Source of the DNA: Mobula hypostoma | Lineage: Eukaryota | Direction: 5' to 3' | DNA: 64,000 nucleotides | Assembly (NCBI RefSeq): GCF_963921235.1 | Contig: NC_086097.1 | Span: 164,302,001 to 164,366,000, forward strand | Part shown: piece by piece, positions 38,725 to 52,222 of the stretch | Layout of the letters: each line of letters starts with the position of its first letter | Position numbering within the stretch: the stretch's first letter is position 1 | Notes under the pieces: model-generated | Databases searched by the model: none | The model's input: only the letters and a program-made list of their open reading frames with translations | Told to the model about the DNA's origin: nothing | Position numbers and translations under genes: made by a program

Positions 38725-40165
38725 ATGAGGACCTGGGAGTCCTCAAGCATGATTTCCTAAAGGTTAACTTGTAGTTTGAGTTGGTGGTAAGGAAGGCAAT
38801 TGCAATGTGTGCATTCATTTCGAGAGGACTAGAATATAAAAGCAAGGATGTAAGAATGAGGTTTTATAAAGCATTAGTCAGACTGCACTTGGTTTATTGT
38901 GAGCCCTGTATCTAAGAAAAGATGTGCTGTCATTGGAAAGGGTCCAGAGGAGGTTAATGAGAATTATCCCAAGAATGAAAGAGTTAATGTGTAAGCATTT
39001 GATGGCTCTGCTCCTGTTCTAACTGGGGTTTAGAAGAATGAGGGAGGATCTTATTTAAACCTATCAAATGTTGAAAGGCCCAAAGAGAAAGGACATGGAG
39101 AGGATGTTTCCAATATTGGGAGAGTCTAGGATCAGAGGGCACAGCCTTAGAATAAAAGTATGTCACTTTAGAACAGAGATGAAGAAGAATTTCTTTAGCC
39201 AAAAGATGGTGAATCTGTTTAATGCTGACCAGCAACTCCTGTGATGCTGCTGGTGCCAAACTGTACCAGTTTCTGCTGTTCCTTTGGATTCATCGGCTGC
39301 ATGGAGAGGGGCAGCAGCTTGCTCTCTGTATTGTACTGTCCCAGCTTGATTATTACATAGACAGCTAAGATGCAATATCCATGTCAGCCCCTGACCAATG
39401 GAGGGCCTCAGGTAAATCTGTGGAATTCATTGCTACAGACGGCTGTGGAGGTCAAGTCATTGAGTATATTTAAAGCAGGGATTGATAGGTTCTTGATTAG
39501 TAAGGCTGTCAAAAGTTACAGGGAGAAGGTAGGAGAATGGGGTTGAGAGGGATAATAAATCAGCCTTAATGGAACGGTGCAGCACACTCAATGAGCCAAA
39601 TAGAGCAGCTCTATAAAACTCTGGTTAGGCCACACTTGGGAGTACTGTGTCCACTTCTGGTCACCTCACTATAGGAAGGATGTGGAAGCATTGGAAAGAG
39701 TACAGAGGAGATTTACCAGGATGCTGCCTGGTTTAGAGAGTATGCATTATGATCAGAGATTAAGAGAGCTAGGGCTTTACTCTTTGGAGAGAAGGAGGAT
39801 GAGAGGAGACATGATAGAGATGTACAAGATAATAAGAGGAATAGATAGAGTGGATAGCCAGCTCCTCTTCCCCAGGGCACCACTGCTCAATACAAGAGGA
39901 CATGGCTTTAAGGTAAGGGGTGGGAAGTTCAAGGGGGATATTAGAGGAAGGTTTTTTACTCAGAGAGTAGTTGGTGCGTGGAATGCACTGCCTGAGTCAG
40001 TGGTGGAGGCAGATACACTAGTGAAGTTTAAGAGACTACTAGACAGGTATATGGAGGAATTTAAGGTGGGGCTTATATGGGAGGCAGGGTTGAGGGTCGG
40101 CACAACATTGTGGGCCAAAAGGCCTGTACTGTGCTGTACTATTCTATGTTCTATGTTCTATGTTC
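38725..40165 (+). mobile_element. Two CR1 3' fragments; the younger (about 39601-40165) is nested in the older one's 3' UTR
   Basis: ORF 39682-40230 ALERVQRRFTRMLPG..; tail (ttctatg)n. Confidence 0.85.
39219..39410 (+). mobile_element. Short 5'-truncated SINE-like insertion with 11-bp imperfect TSD
   Basis: ggtgaatctgt (39208-39218) and ggtaaatctgt (39411-39421); gtgccaaactgta and atccatg motifs shared with the SINE at 16353. Confidence 0.6.
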
Positions 40166-40712
40166 CATGTTCTAAAGGCCTAATACTGCTCCCACATTTT
40201 ATGGTCTTATGGAAAGAGAAGGTATTATAAAGCAAACTTCAAAGACCAAAGCCCAATTCATAGCAGCACTGAGGTTGATCATGAGCAATTATAAAAGCCT
40301 CAAGTTCCAATAAACACACAGTTCAAATGTCACATTCATAAAGTTTCCTGTAATAATGATATTGATGTTAATAATAAATTCAATGTCCTGGCAGAAGTGA
40401 GGAAACCTTTAGCATTGCTTCACGTATTAATAGATATGTCTCATAACAAGGGAAATATTGACAAAGGGGAAAAGAGCAGCAGATGCTGGAAATCTTCAGC
40501 AACACACACAGAACGCCTGAGGAACTCAGCCGGGCAGCCATCTGTGGAGGGAAGAGTGTCATGATGAAGGGTGTCAGTCCAAAACATCAACTATTTGTTC
40601 TCTCCATGAGCAGTATTTTGTGCATGCTGTTAGTTAAAATAAGTTCATTTTGATCCATTAACTGTCAAGTTCTATTAAAATATGAATATATTCTGCCACC
40701 TTCCTCTTTCAG

Positions 40713-40886
40713 ACTCTTAATATGGTGACCCCAACACTACGGGTCGAGGACTGCAGTATAGCCCTCCTACCCCGGAACCATGAGAAGAACCGATGCATGG
40801 ATGTCCTTCCACCAGACAGATGTCTCCCATTCCTCATCACCATAGACGGTGAGAGCAGCAACTACATCAATGCAGCCCTAATGGAT
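40713..40886 (+). CDS. PTPRM: PTPRM exon, start of D2: [58 protein letters not shown]
   Basis: Acceptor ctttcag, donor gtgagt; KNR and NYINA motifs. Confidence 0.95.
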
Positions 40887-42071
40887 GTGAGTATTTCTGG
40901 AGAACATGATGCGTAAGAAGCTGTAAGACTGTGTCAATGGTGGTTGTCTGGCAATTAGATCAACTACAGATACAGATTAGATTGCAGGAGAGAGACAAGA
41001 TCCTATAGACAATATTGGAAAATTGTAATTGGGTTATTATTATCACAAGATAATAACAGTGAAAAGCTTTGATTTACACGCCATGCAGGCAGATCATTCC
41101 AAATATAAGTGCATCAAGATATTACAAAGAGGAAAGCAATAGCAGAATGTAGACTATAGTTTTACACTTACAGAGACAGCGTCATGCAGGTAAATAGATA
41201 GAGTGAAAGGACTGTGACAAAGTAGACTGAAGGATCAAGAGCTCATCTTTATTATCTAACAGGTCCATTCAGAAGTCTTATAACAGCTCTCCTTAAGTCT
41301 GGTGGGAGATATCTCAGGGGAATGATGCATTGACATAAAGTATCTCCTGGTTCATGCAGCAGATCAACATGCTAGCACACAACACCTCTCTGATCGCGTG
41401 GAACAGTTTACTGCCAGTGGTCACTTTCTCTTTGGTTCTGGAGAAAGGTGAGCTGCTGAAAGGGACATCCCCATTGCACTGAGAACAGCAGTGTGCTGAC
41501 TCGTGACAGTTCTCAGCTCCGTGAGGATACCGTGCTACGCCACCGTAGCAGACAGCAGAGCTCCAAATGGATCAAGGCAGGTCTCCATAGAAACGAGACA
41601 AATGCAACCTCAATCTTTAGCTGAACCATGTATGTGATGGAATCCCCACTAAGGAAGTGTCCAATGGTCCATGACATCTGGAGAGAAGTCACAGTCTCCT
41701 GGCTCCACGCAATCTCCTGCGAGATTCCTATACATCCCTTGTTATCTCCTTCACCTGTGCCAATTACTTTGTTTGTTAATCTGGCTAATACGTCATTATT
41801 GTTCAGCAAGGTCCAAGAGTATTAATGAACACCTCACTTTGCTGTCTCCGTGCATTAATAAGTTAGGAATAAGGTGGCTGTTGTTTTTCTGGTGTGTGTT
41901 GGCGGTAGCTGAGGACAAAGATAATCTAAAATGAGAACAGTAAATGCTGGAAATTCTCAGTGGGTCAGGTAACTGCTATGGAGAGAGAAACACATTTAAT
42001 GCTTTATCAAACCTGGAACTACCTGCTGGTCTAATTTCTTGTTCGGTCTAATCTCTTGTTCATGTTTTTAG

Positions 42072-42203
42072 AGCTATAAGCAGCCATCTGCCTTCATTGT
42101 CACTCAACACCCATTGCCAAATACTGTGAAGGACTTCTGGAGACTGGTGTTGGACTATCACTGTACATCAATCGTCATGCTGAATGATGTGGACCATGCT
42201 CAG
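42072..42203 (+). CDS. PTPRM: PTPRM exon, D2: [44 protein letters not shown]
   Basis: Acceptor tttttag, donor gtatgt; TQHPL and DFWR motifs. Confidence 0.95.
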
Positions 42204-42814
42204 GTATGTGTCTGCACAAACCACTGAAAGCCATGGGAGACTCTCACCAAATCAAGGAGCATCTGCACAATACTGCTTCAGATCCATCACCTCTCCAATG
42301 CATCGAATCATCATGGGTGATTTAGGGTCAGTTTTACATCGAGTGTCAGCGCTAATATCTTCATATTTTTCACCTGTATGCAACAGGATACACCTGCAAA
42401 GTGTGTGTGCTGTTGCAGTTAGCAGTTCAAATTACATAGAAACCTGGAGATAAGTACATACAAAATTGTGTAAAGCTTTCCATTGTCAGAAACAAAGATT
42501 TTTTTAAAAATCCAAATAAGCAAATATGTACAGTATCTTTGTACAAGATATTAAAAATTGTTTTACAGACAATGGTGTACATTGGAGTAGTGAATATCAA
42601 GGTAATTTATACAATAATCTGTAGATTTTCTGCCCCAACTTCCATTGTATCAATCATTATGTTTAGGTGCACCTACAGCCTTAGTTATAACTGACTTGGA
42701 CGCTTCTGTACAACATCACAGCCCAAACCAGTGTCTGGCCATCTTTCTTGAAACTGTTGAATAGCTATTCGTGATCCAAGATGGATTGCACAGACCTGGA
42801 GTACAAGAGGATCA

Positions 42815-42950
42815 TTCACAACACGCTGGAGGAACTCAGCAGTTCGGGCAGCGTCTGTGGAAAAGATTACTCGACGTTTCGGACCTGAACCCTTCGTCAG
42901 GACTGTAGAGGGAAGGAGCAGAGACCCTATGAAGAAGGTGGGGGGAGGGT
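42815..42950 (-). repeat. PLE terminal repeat with core-intact minimal hammerhead (42868-42905)
   Basis: Reverse complement cagtc-CTGACGA-agggttcaggtcc-GAAA-c-GTC-gagta. Confidence 0.8.
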
Positions 42951-43029
42951 GGTTATGGCAAAATCTCCACATTTTTAATACTCCATATTTAGGGTCGTCT
43001 TTCATAAATTTCTTTGACCATTGTAATCT

Positions 43030-46000
43030 TTTTCTTTCTTTTTAAATCTTTTTATTGAGTAAGTATACAAAAAAGGTAAGCCATATAAACATTAATACAA
43101 TGTTAAAGTATAATAAAATTCCAAAAGATAACAATACCAAAAAGAAAATACTACAAACAATGTAATTTAAGCATAAGAAACCAAGATAACATAATAGTAT
43201 ACTAGATTTTATATATATCAATGGAAAAAAAGAAAAAAAAAAACCCCAAAAAAAAACCCACCGTGCAACTAACTAAAAGCAAAGCAAAGCAATGGGCTAA
43301 CTTGAAACCAAACAGAGTTAAACTTAAAATCACGTCCTCAATCCCGACCTCCATTAAAACAGTGAAAAAAAAAACAAGAAGGGTAAATATTACATTAAAT
43401 GAAAATATCGAATAAAAGGTCCCCAAATCTGTTCAAATTTAAATGAAGAATCATAAAGGTTACTTCTAATTTTCTCCAGATTCAAACATAAAATCGTCTG
43501 AGAAAACCAAAAAAAAGGTAGTTGGAGCATTAAGCTCTTTCCAATGTTGTAAAATACATCTTTTCGCCATTAAAGTAAGAAATGCAATCATTCTACGGGC
43601 TGAAGGGGAAAGATTACTAGAAATTTTAGGTAGTCCAAAGATAGCAGTAATAGGGTGAGGAGAGATATCTATATTTAATACCTTAGAAATAATATTGAAA
43701 ATATCTCTCCAAAAAGTTTCCAAAGTAGGGCAAGACCAAAACATATGAGTTAAAGAGGCTATCTGCCCCGAACATCTATCACAGAAAGGATTAATATGCG
43801 AGTAAAAACGCGCTAACTTATCTTTGGACATATGTGCTCTATGCACCACTTTAAATTGAATTAGGGAATGTTTAGCACAAATAGAGGAAGTATTAACTAA
43901 TTGTAAAATCTGCCCCCAATCATCCACAGAAATGGTAAGCCCCAATTCCTGTTCCCAATCTACCCTAATCTTATCAAATGGAGCTTACCTGAGTTTCATA
44001 ATAATATTATAAATCATAGCCGATGCACCTTTCTGACATGGATTAAGGTTAATTATCGAATCTAAAATATATATAGGAGGAAGCATTGGAAAGGAAGGAA
44101 GTATAGTACTTAGAAAATTTCTAACTTGTAAATATCTAAAAAAATGTATTCTTGATAGGTTATATTTATTAGATAATTGTTCAAAAGACATAAGGGAACC
44201 ATCTAAAAATAAATCCAAAAACCGTAAAATACCCTTAGTCTTCCAAGTTTGAAAAGCGCGATCCGTAAAAGAGGGAGGAAAAAATATGTTACCTAAAATA
44301 GGAATCGCTAACCCGAATTGATTAAGATCAAACAATTTTCTGAATTGAAACCAAATACGCAAAGCATATTTAACGATCGGGTTAGAGACCTGCTTAAGGC
44401 GTTTTGAATCAAAAGGAAGAGATGAACCTAAAATAGAACCAAGTGTATAACCCTGAACAGATTGTAATTCCAATGCTACCCATTTAGGAATAAATAGTAT
44501 ATCCCGGTCAAGTAACCAAAATTTCATATGTCGAATATTAATAGCCCAATAATAAAATCTAAAGTTAGGTAATGCTAAACCTCCATCTCTCTTAGCTTTC
44601 TGTAAATGTATTTTACCCAGTCTCGGATTCTTATTCTGCCAAATAAATGAAGAAATTTTAGAGTCGACTTTATCAAAAAAAGATTTAGGAACGAAAATTG
44701 GTAATGCCTGAAACACATATAAAAATTTTGGCAAAAAAAACATCTTAACTGCATTAATACGACCAATCAAAGTTAAATATAAAGGAAACCATTTAGATGA
44801 AAGTTGAGTAATATGGTCTATTAATGGTAAAAAGTTAGTCTTAAATAAATCTTTATGTTTACAAGTAATTTTAATCCCAAGATATGAAAGGTAATTATTA
44901 ATCAATTTAAATGGAAATTTATAATATAAGGGAAGATGTTTATTAATCGGAAAAAGTTCACTCTTACTAAGATTTAATTTATAACCTGAGAAAAGACCAA
45001 ATTGTGCTAATAACTCTAAAACAGCAGGAATAGATCTCTCAGGATTAGAAATATATAAAAGTAAATCATCAGCATAGAGTGATAATTTATGGGACTTTAA
45101 TCCCCGAGTTATCCCAGTAATATTTGAAGATTCTCGAATAGCAATTGCAAGAGGTTCTAATGCAATATCAAATAATAGGGGACTAAGAGGACAGCCTTGT
45201 CGAGTACCACGAAAGAGAGGAAAAAAAGGTGAATTTAAAGAGTTAGTACGAACCGAGGCTACAGGGGAGTGATATAACAGTTTAATCCAGGATATAAATT
45301 TCAGGCTAAAATTAAACATTTCAAGCACCTTAAATAAATAAGGCCATTCTACTCTATCAAAAGCTTTCTCGGCATCTAAAGAAATAACACACTCAGGAAC
45401 ATTTTGTGAGGGAGTATAAACGATATTTAACAATGTACGAATATTATAAAAAGAGTAACGACCTTTAATAAAACCCGTTTGGTCTTCCGAAATAATAGAA
45501 GGAAGTACTTTTTCTAGTCTATTTGCTAATAACTTAGAAAAAACTTTAGAATCAACATTTAATAAAGATATTGGTCTATAAGATGCACATTGAGCAGGGT
45601 CTTTATCCTTCTTTAGTATTAAAGAAATTGATGCTCTATTAAAAGATTCCGGAAGTTTACCAAGTTTCAAAGAAGCCTCAAAAACCTTATAGAGCCAAGG
45701 AATCAATAAAGAAGCAAAACATTTATAAAATTCAACGGTAAACCCATCAGGGCCAGGAGCTTTCCCCAGATTCATAGAAAAAATAACATTCTTAATCTCA
45801 TCCATTGTAATGGAAGTATCTAATAAAGAAGACATATCCTGTGAAATCTGAGGAAAGTCTAACTTATCTAAAAAATCATTCATATATTTAGAATCTCGAG
45901 GAGACTCTGATTGATATAAAGAAGAATAAAAATCACAAAAGGTTTGATTAATCCCCACATGATCCAATATCAATCGATCATTTTGGTTATAAATCTGATT

Positions 46001-47860
46001 GATTTGAGATTTAACATAATTAGATTTCAATTGATTAGCCAGCAGCTTGCCAATTTTATCACTGTGAACATAAAAATCACTTCTTGTTTTCTTTAATTGG
46101 TTTACAATCGAGGACGAGAGTAGTAAACTGTGTTCCATTTGAAGTTCAGTTCTTTGTTTGTATAGCTCCTCAGAAGGAGCCATAACATATTTCTTATCAA
46201 TTTCTTTAATCTTGTCCACAATTGCCATCTCCTCCTGCTTCTGTTTCTTCCTCAAAGCAACGGAATACGAAATAATCTGACCACGAATATAGGCTTTAAA
46301 AGTGTCCCAAAGAGTGTTAACCGAAATATCTTCTGTATGGTTAATTATAAAAAAAAGCTCAATCTGTTCATTCATAAAATTAACAAAGTCCGAGTCCTGA
46401 AGCAACAGCGAATTAAAACGCCATTGTCTATTGTTTGGTATATTGGCCATAATTTTAATAGAAAGCTTAAGTGGAGCATGATCCGAAATGGTTATAGAAT
46501 CATAATCACATTTAATCACTGAAGGAATGAGACGAGAATCAATAAAAAAATAATCAATTCTTGAATAGGAATGATGAACATGTGAAAAAAAGGAAAAATC
46601 TTTTTCCTGAGGATGCAGAAAACGCCAAATATCCGTCGACCCAGAATCAGAAAGGAAAAAATTAATCAAATTTGCAGATTTATTAGGTAAAGTCCGTAAA
46701 GGAGCCGAACGGTCCAAAGCTGGAGATAAACAGGTATTAAGATCTCCGCCCCAAATCAATGAAAACTCGTTCAAATTCGGAAACTGATCAAACAATGATT
46801 TATAAAATTCCAGACAATCCATATTAGGAGCATAAACATTAACCAAAACTACTTTTTTATTAAATAGTAAACCACTAACCAATAAAAATCTACCATTCGG
46901 ATCAGAGATAATATCCTGTTGTATAAAAGTAACTGAGGAATCTATAAAAATAGAGACGCCTCGAATCTTAGCATTGGAGTTCGAATGAAATTGTTGTCCC
47001 TTCCAGAATTTGAAAAAACGTAGTCTGTCCCCCCTCCGTACATGGGTCTCTTGTAAAAATAAAATTTGTGCTTTAAGTCTCCGGAACACTTTAAAAACTT
47101 TTTTTCTTTTAATAGGATGATTAAGACCATTAGTATTCCAGGAGACAAAATTAATAATAGATTCCATAAATCCTAAAGTCAACCCACGACAAGGAGGATT
47201 GACAATAGGCGCGACCCACAAACCCGGAGAGGAAACAGAACATACAAAAGATACCGGGGAAAAGGACGCAACCAGTACTTCAATAATGTATATAGCCCAA
47301 AGAAAAACAAACTAAAACGTGAAGCCCCTCCCGCCACCCCCCAGCCCAAGACCCCAAGGCAAAATCTAAAGCAGACCCGCCAGAAAGAAGCAAGCGCTAA
47401 AACTACCCCCATGACTTCCGGTATACGCTCCCTAAAAAAAAGGTATAAATATGAAAAGGATCAGCTAATTGTAAAACAGTAAAAAAATAAGTAAAAAAAA
47501 GTTAGCTCAATTAGAATACACACAGAACAGAACAAAAGCCGGAAAATATATATTAAAAAAAAACCACAATAAACCTCAAACTCATGAATAGACACAGCAA
47601 CAAAAAAAAATAGGATTATTAACATAAAGTGATTATAAAAAGCAAAACAGAATAAAATTTAAACAAAAACTACAAAATTTAAGGCCGCACAGGAAATACG
47701 TAAGATGACAAAAGGGAAGTAACCACCCAGAATCCCCTGGGAAAAGAAAGAAATGACGCAGTTAAAAAGAAAGTTTAGTAGCCATATTAAGAAATCGAAA
47801 GTAAACTTTTCTGCCCAAATAGGGCACAGAAAAGTTAAAATCAACCAATTCACAGCCTTC
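43030..47860 (-). mobile_element. L1 copy 2: 5'-truncated (no ORF1), full-length ORF2 span with two lesions, 13-bp TSD
   Basis: TSD accattgtaatct at 43017-43029 and 47861-47873; TCT/AA cut site; AATAAA at 43051-43056 and AAAG-type tail. Confidence 0.93.
43390..47167 (-). pseudogene. L1 ORF2 (APE, RT, CCHC) disrupted by a nonsense codon at 43985-43987 and +1 A in a homopolymer near 43510
   Basis: KAPGPDG, SLDAEKAFD, GTRQGCPLSP, LYADD intact; TAA where copy 1 has AAA; A8 versus A7. Confidence 0.9.
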
Positions 47861-48224
47861 ACCATTGTAATCTAAGACACTTCTGTAAGCATGTTTAGTT
47901 CCTCCATACTTTTTTTGAAAGTAGTGGTGAAAATGATTCTTTTTCAATATCTATTGAATGTCTCATATTTGCAGGATTGAACGAAAACACATGCCAACAG
48001 TACAAAGCTTTCTGAAAGGTTGTCAATAAAATTTTTTTTTAAATTGAATTCAATAACTGAGGAACTGCAGAGGGCACTTTTCATAAACCCATTAGTGAAA
48101 ATCCTTTTGTCTGATTACTGAAACGAAATCTGGATTTATCAGGTCCCAATTGGTAGAAGTTTCAAAAGCAAGCAACATCATAAATACGATTTGCAAAACT
48201 TAAAATCAGAATGTTTGTCTATCA

Positions 48225-48555
48225 TTGTGAGATACAGCATGGAAACAGGCTCTGCAGATCTCCTAAAGTTCGTGCTGACCATCAACAACCCTTTAACAGT
48301 AATCCTACATTAGTACAGTACCACTTTTTATTCTCCCTAAATTCTGATCAGCTGCTCACTACCGGGGAACTTACATGGGATAATTAAGCTGCCAACTTGC
48401 ATGCCTTTGGGATGTGGCAAGAAACTGGAGCACCCAGAGTAAACCAGTACACCTCAGGTTGAGAACTTGTAAACAACACAGGCAGCACTCTGCAGAATAG
48501 AACCAGAGTCGCTGGAACCGTGAGACAGCATCTTCATTCGCTGTGTCACTGTCTG
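48225..48555 (-). mobile_element. HE1-like V-SINE
   Basis: tttgggatgtggcaagaaactggagcacccagagtaaacc..tagaaccagagtcgctgg. Confidence 0.65.
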
Positions 48556-50918
48556 TCCACTTAAAGCCATGGAATCTCTCAGTTTAATCATGTCCCTCTG
48601 CTTCAGTTCACTTCTAAACATTGTTAGGTTTAGCATGCAGTAGGTATGGTGTCAGCCTGATATAGGTGTAGGTGGTTAGAATGGTTATGTATGGCAACAC
48701 ATCAGTGTTGTGTACTGTCATATCTTAAAGAAACATTCACTTACTGACATGGGAAAACAGCCTCAATAGACTGTCCTGGCACAGAGCCTCACTTGCCAGA
48801 TTCAGTTGTCAGAAAGTCCAGCTGACCCCAGCAAAAAAGCCTTGACCTTGCATGAAGAATGCCCTGGTAACATTTCCTCAAGGGCTATTTTATTCCATAT
48901 CTTCAGGGAAGCTATTTGGCTTTTGCAGAAGTTATAGCAGGAGACTGAAAGTTACCATCAAGGAGTGCTATGAAATTTGATTTGTTTGCTTCAGTATTAG
49001 GAAACAAACTACCAGAGCTGTGTGAGGCACAGATGAAAGCATAGGTTTCAGCAGGCAATAAACATCAGCGAACATACTCAAGTCCTTCAATTAGTTGCAG
49101 AAATAGCCCTAATGATCTAAAAGCAGCCAGCTTTTGCACTGTCAAATAAAAAGGGATTTAAAATGTTGATTCTTGAGCGTCACTTATTTTTCCTCTATAT
49201 CACTCTGATGGAAAGTACTTATTCACTTAGCCTCCCCTAAGAGTGAAGTAGAACAGATTATTTTTTGGACCATTAACTTTCTCATTTGCAAAATGGGTTT
49301 TGATCTCTTGTAAACTGGATGTCTGGGTTTGTAACCAATAAACACATTCAACATGCCATAGTGTGGCCCAGTTGAAAGCCTTTGGCCACCCTCAAAATAT
49401 TGATCATTTGGCCAGGCAGCAAACATGAATCATAATTTTTCTACTCCACCTTCACTACTGCACTCTGTGACCTGTAGTGACATTATGTACCAGATTGATG
49501 TACCAGATCTGGAAATGGTGCCACTGATCTCTAGTGGATGTATGGAGGATTGTTGCACTGAGATTGTAATGGATAAATTACCTCAGGAAACTATGGAACC
49601 AGAACCACAAGCAAGCAACAATGATTTGCTCCGACGCAGTTAACCCGAGCTTCACTGTACTTGTCCTGCTCAGCTAACACTTGGCCACATGTTTTAATGT
49701 AATTTCAGCAAATGGGATCATTGCCCTTTTATATAAGGGATAAGGTTTGGATCAGGTCCAGACCGATGGGGCAGATCTTCTGTAACAGTGACAGCTGTAA
49801 GACTTTTAACTAGAAAACCTTTGTAGAAAAGGTATCAGCAAATTCCACCATATGTATCGTTGGGGTGAGCTGATAAGTGCACATTTTTAAATTTTAAAAA
49901 AAGCCCTTGATCTGAAGTTCTGGGAATATTCTTTTGAGCATGGCAAAGGAAAAATATTAACTTGCAGCATGAGTCACTAGTTCACACCGAGGATCCATAT
50001 TGAACGGAAACAATGCATCCGGAATTTGAGACTTTATGTCATTTATACTAATCAAGCACAAAAAAAGTTATGTTTGTCTGTGTGCAATTGATCAGAAGTT
50101 ACTTTCATGCCTTTAACCTTTCACTTATTGATTTTCCCTAGTCAGGTGCTGGACTTCACCAGCCAGCTATTGCTAATTTGTACATATGAATAATTGTCCA
50201 ACATGCACATGACCCCAGATAATGGTACCTTGCCACCAGAGGTGGCTACTTGTGATAATTTCTTCCAGTGTTTCACTTCCCTTGCCATCTCCTGTGACTG
50301 GAGATATGAACATGGCTTCATAGGTTCACACATTGCTGTCAGAGATACGTCAATCTTCAGTGGCGACTTGCTATGTAAATATGTCAGTGGACATTTCTGT
50401 CTTCTGACCAAAGCAAGTGTACTTCACAGATCGTAAATCAATATTATCAGTCAATATTCACCATTCCTTATCCCATCGCTACTAAATTGTGCATCAAAAT
50501 ATCTATCAAAGGTAAAGCAGTGAGGTTGACATGTCTTTAAAAATTCTTAAAGAGAAGCAGTGATATCCTGATGAAGGGTCTTGGCACGTAACATTGACTG
50601 ATCATATCCTTCCATAGATACTGCTTGACCCACTGCATTCCTTCAGCATCTTGTGTGTGTGTGTGTTGCTCAAGGTTTACAGCATCTGCAGAATCCCTTG
50701 TTGCATCCAAAAGGACTCCCTTATAGTCTTCCGCAAAAAACATCATTGACCATTTCGTATTTATTGAGTTTTGGCTATGGAACACTCGCCACATTCTATT
50801 AAATTATCAAAGCAGCTTATTATATTTGGAACGCGTTAGGGTGCTGTTTTTTTCTGCAAGTGCAAATGTTTTGCATTAGTAGCTTGTGGATCTAAATATT
50901 GATGATTTTTCCAACTAG

Positions 50919-51044
50919 CTGTGCCCTCAGTACTGGCCGGAAAATGGTGTCCATCGGCATGGGCCTCTCCAGGTGGAGTTTGTGTCCGCTAACCTTGAAG
51001 AAGACATAATCAGCAGAATATTCCGAATTTACAATGCATCCAGG
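50919..51044 (+). CDS. PTPRM: PTPRM exon, D2: [42 protein letters not shown]
   Basis: Acceptor caactag, donor gtaagg; CPQYWP motif. Confidence 0.95.
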
Positions 51045-52222
51045 GTAAGGAGCTGCTTTGTGCCATGGTGAGAGAAAATAATCAATTAAAATCTTCAGAA
51101 GCGCTTTCGAACTCCACTTACCATGTCTAAACATAAGAGCTTTAGATTCCTCACTAGCACTTGACAGTAAGTTAATGATGCTGAGGAGAAGAATGAGTAT
51201 CCTGTCAGTCCTGTGAATCCAAGCATCTGAACAGCTTTGCTGGATAGTACTTACAGCTTGAAGCATTTCCAATTTTAATATATAATTATGCTCTATGGCT
51301 TCTATAGCTCTAATTGAGGGTTGTGTTAAAAATGCTATTTAAAAAGCATAAAATGAAATTTTTTCCTACACATTGCTAACATACTGTCTTAAGCTTATTA
51401 TGCTTACTGAACATAACATTGGTTGTTAAAATATTTAGACTGGGCTAAAATATTTAAAAAAGCAGCTACTGTGTGGTAAAATTCTGTTGTTTAGTAATAT
51501 GTGCTAATTGTTTGATGAAAAAAAATCTAACTTTAAGTGGTACAAGATATACTTCTAACCTCTCTTCATTACAGGTGTGGTCAGAGTTGAGAGGGTGGAT
51601 CTCAGCCACTGTTCTCACCAGTTATTTTTTTCTCAATTTAAACAGTATTGTCATGCAATTAGGAGGCATTTAACTGATTCAATTTTAACAGGAGCTTCAA
51701 GTGAAAGGGCAGCTTCATAATTGTCAACTTATAAATCTATCCTCTTAGTGACTGGTATAGTGAAATAAATTAGGCATTGTATATTGGCAGGAGAATAGAG
51801 TGGAATTTAAAACAAGATACCCTGGAGGACTAATGACTGTTCTGGTCATTGTCTTTAAGATAAAGTGGGGCAAACCATGGAGATATGGATTGGGGATGGG
51901 AAAGAAGAACAGGGTGATTTTGGTGACTGGAGGTTTCTTAACCATTCCCAAAGCTTGCTTACTTTGGGAAAAGCAAATGATGGTTTAGTTTTCATATGTT
52001 GATCATCTATAATCCCAGTTGAGGTGATTTGCTAGCCAGCTTGTCCATCTTATTGTTACAATAATCAACCATGCATTGCTCCAATAAAACCACCTACCTT
52101 GGCACCTGATCATCAAAAACTTTTCTAAACGCTATTAGTGCAAAGGTTTTATTTAATTTTCTAATATACTGCTCGTAGAATTTTAATTTAGTGCACCTTG
52201 CTGATGTATTGAATAGTAAATA

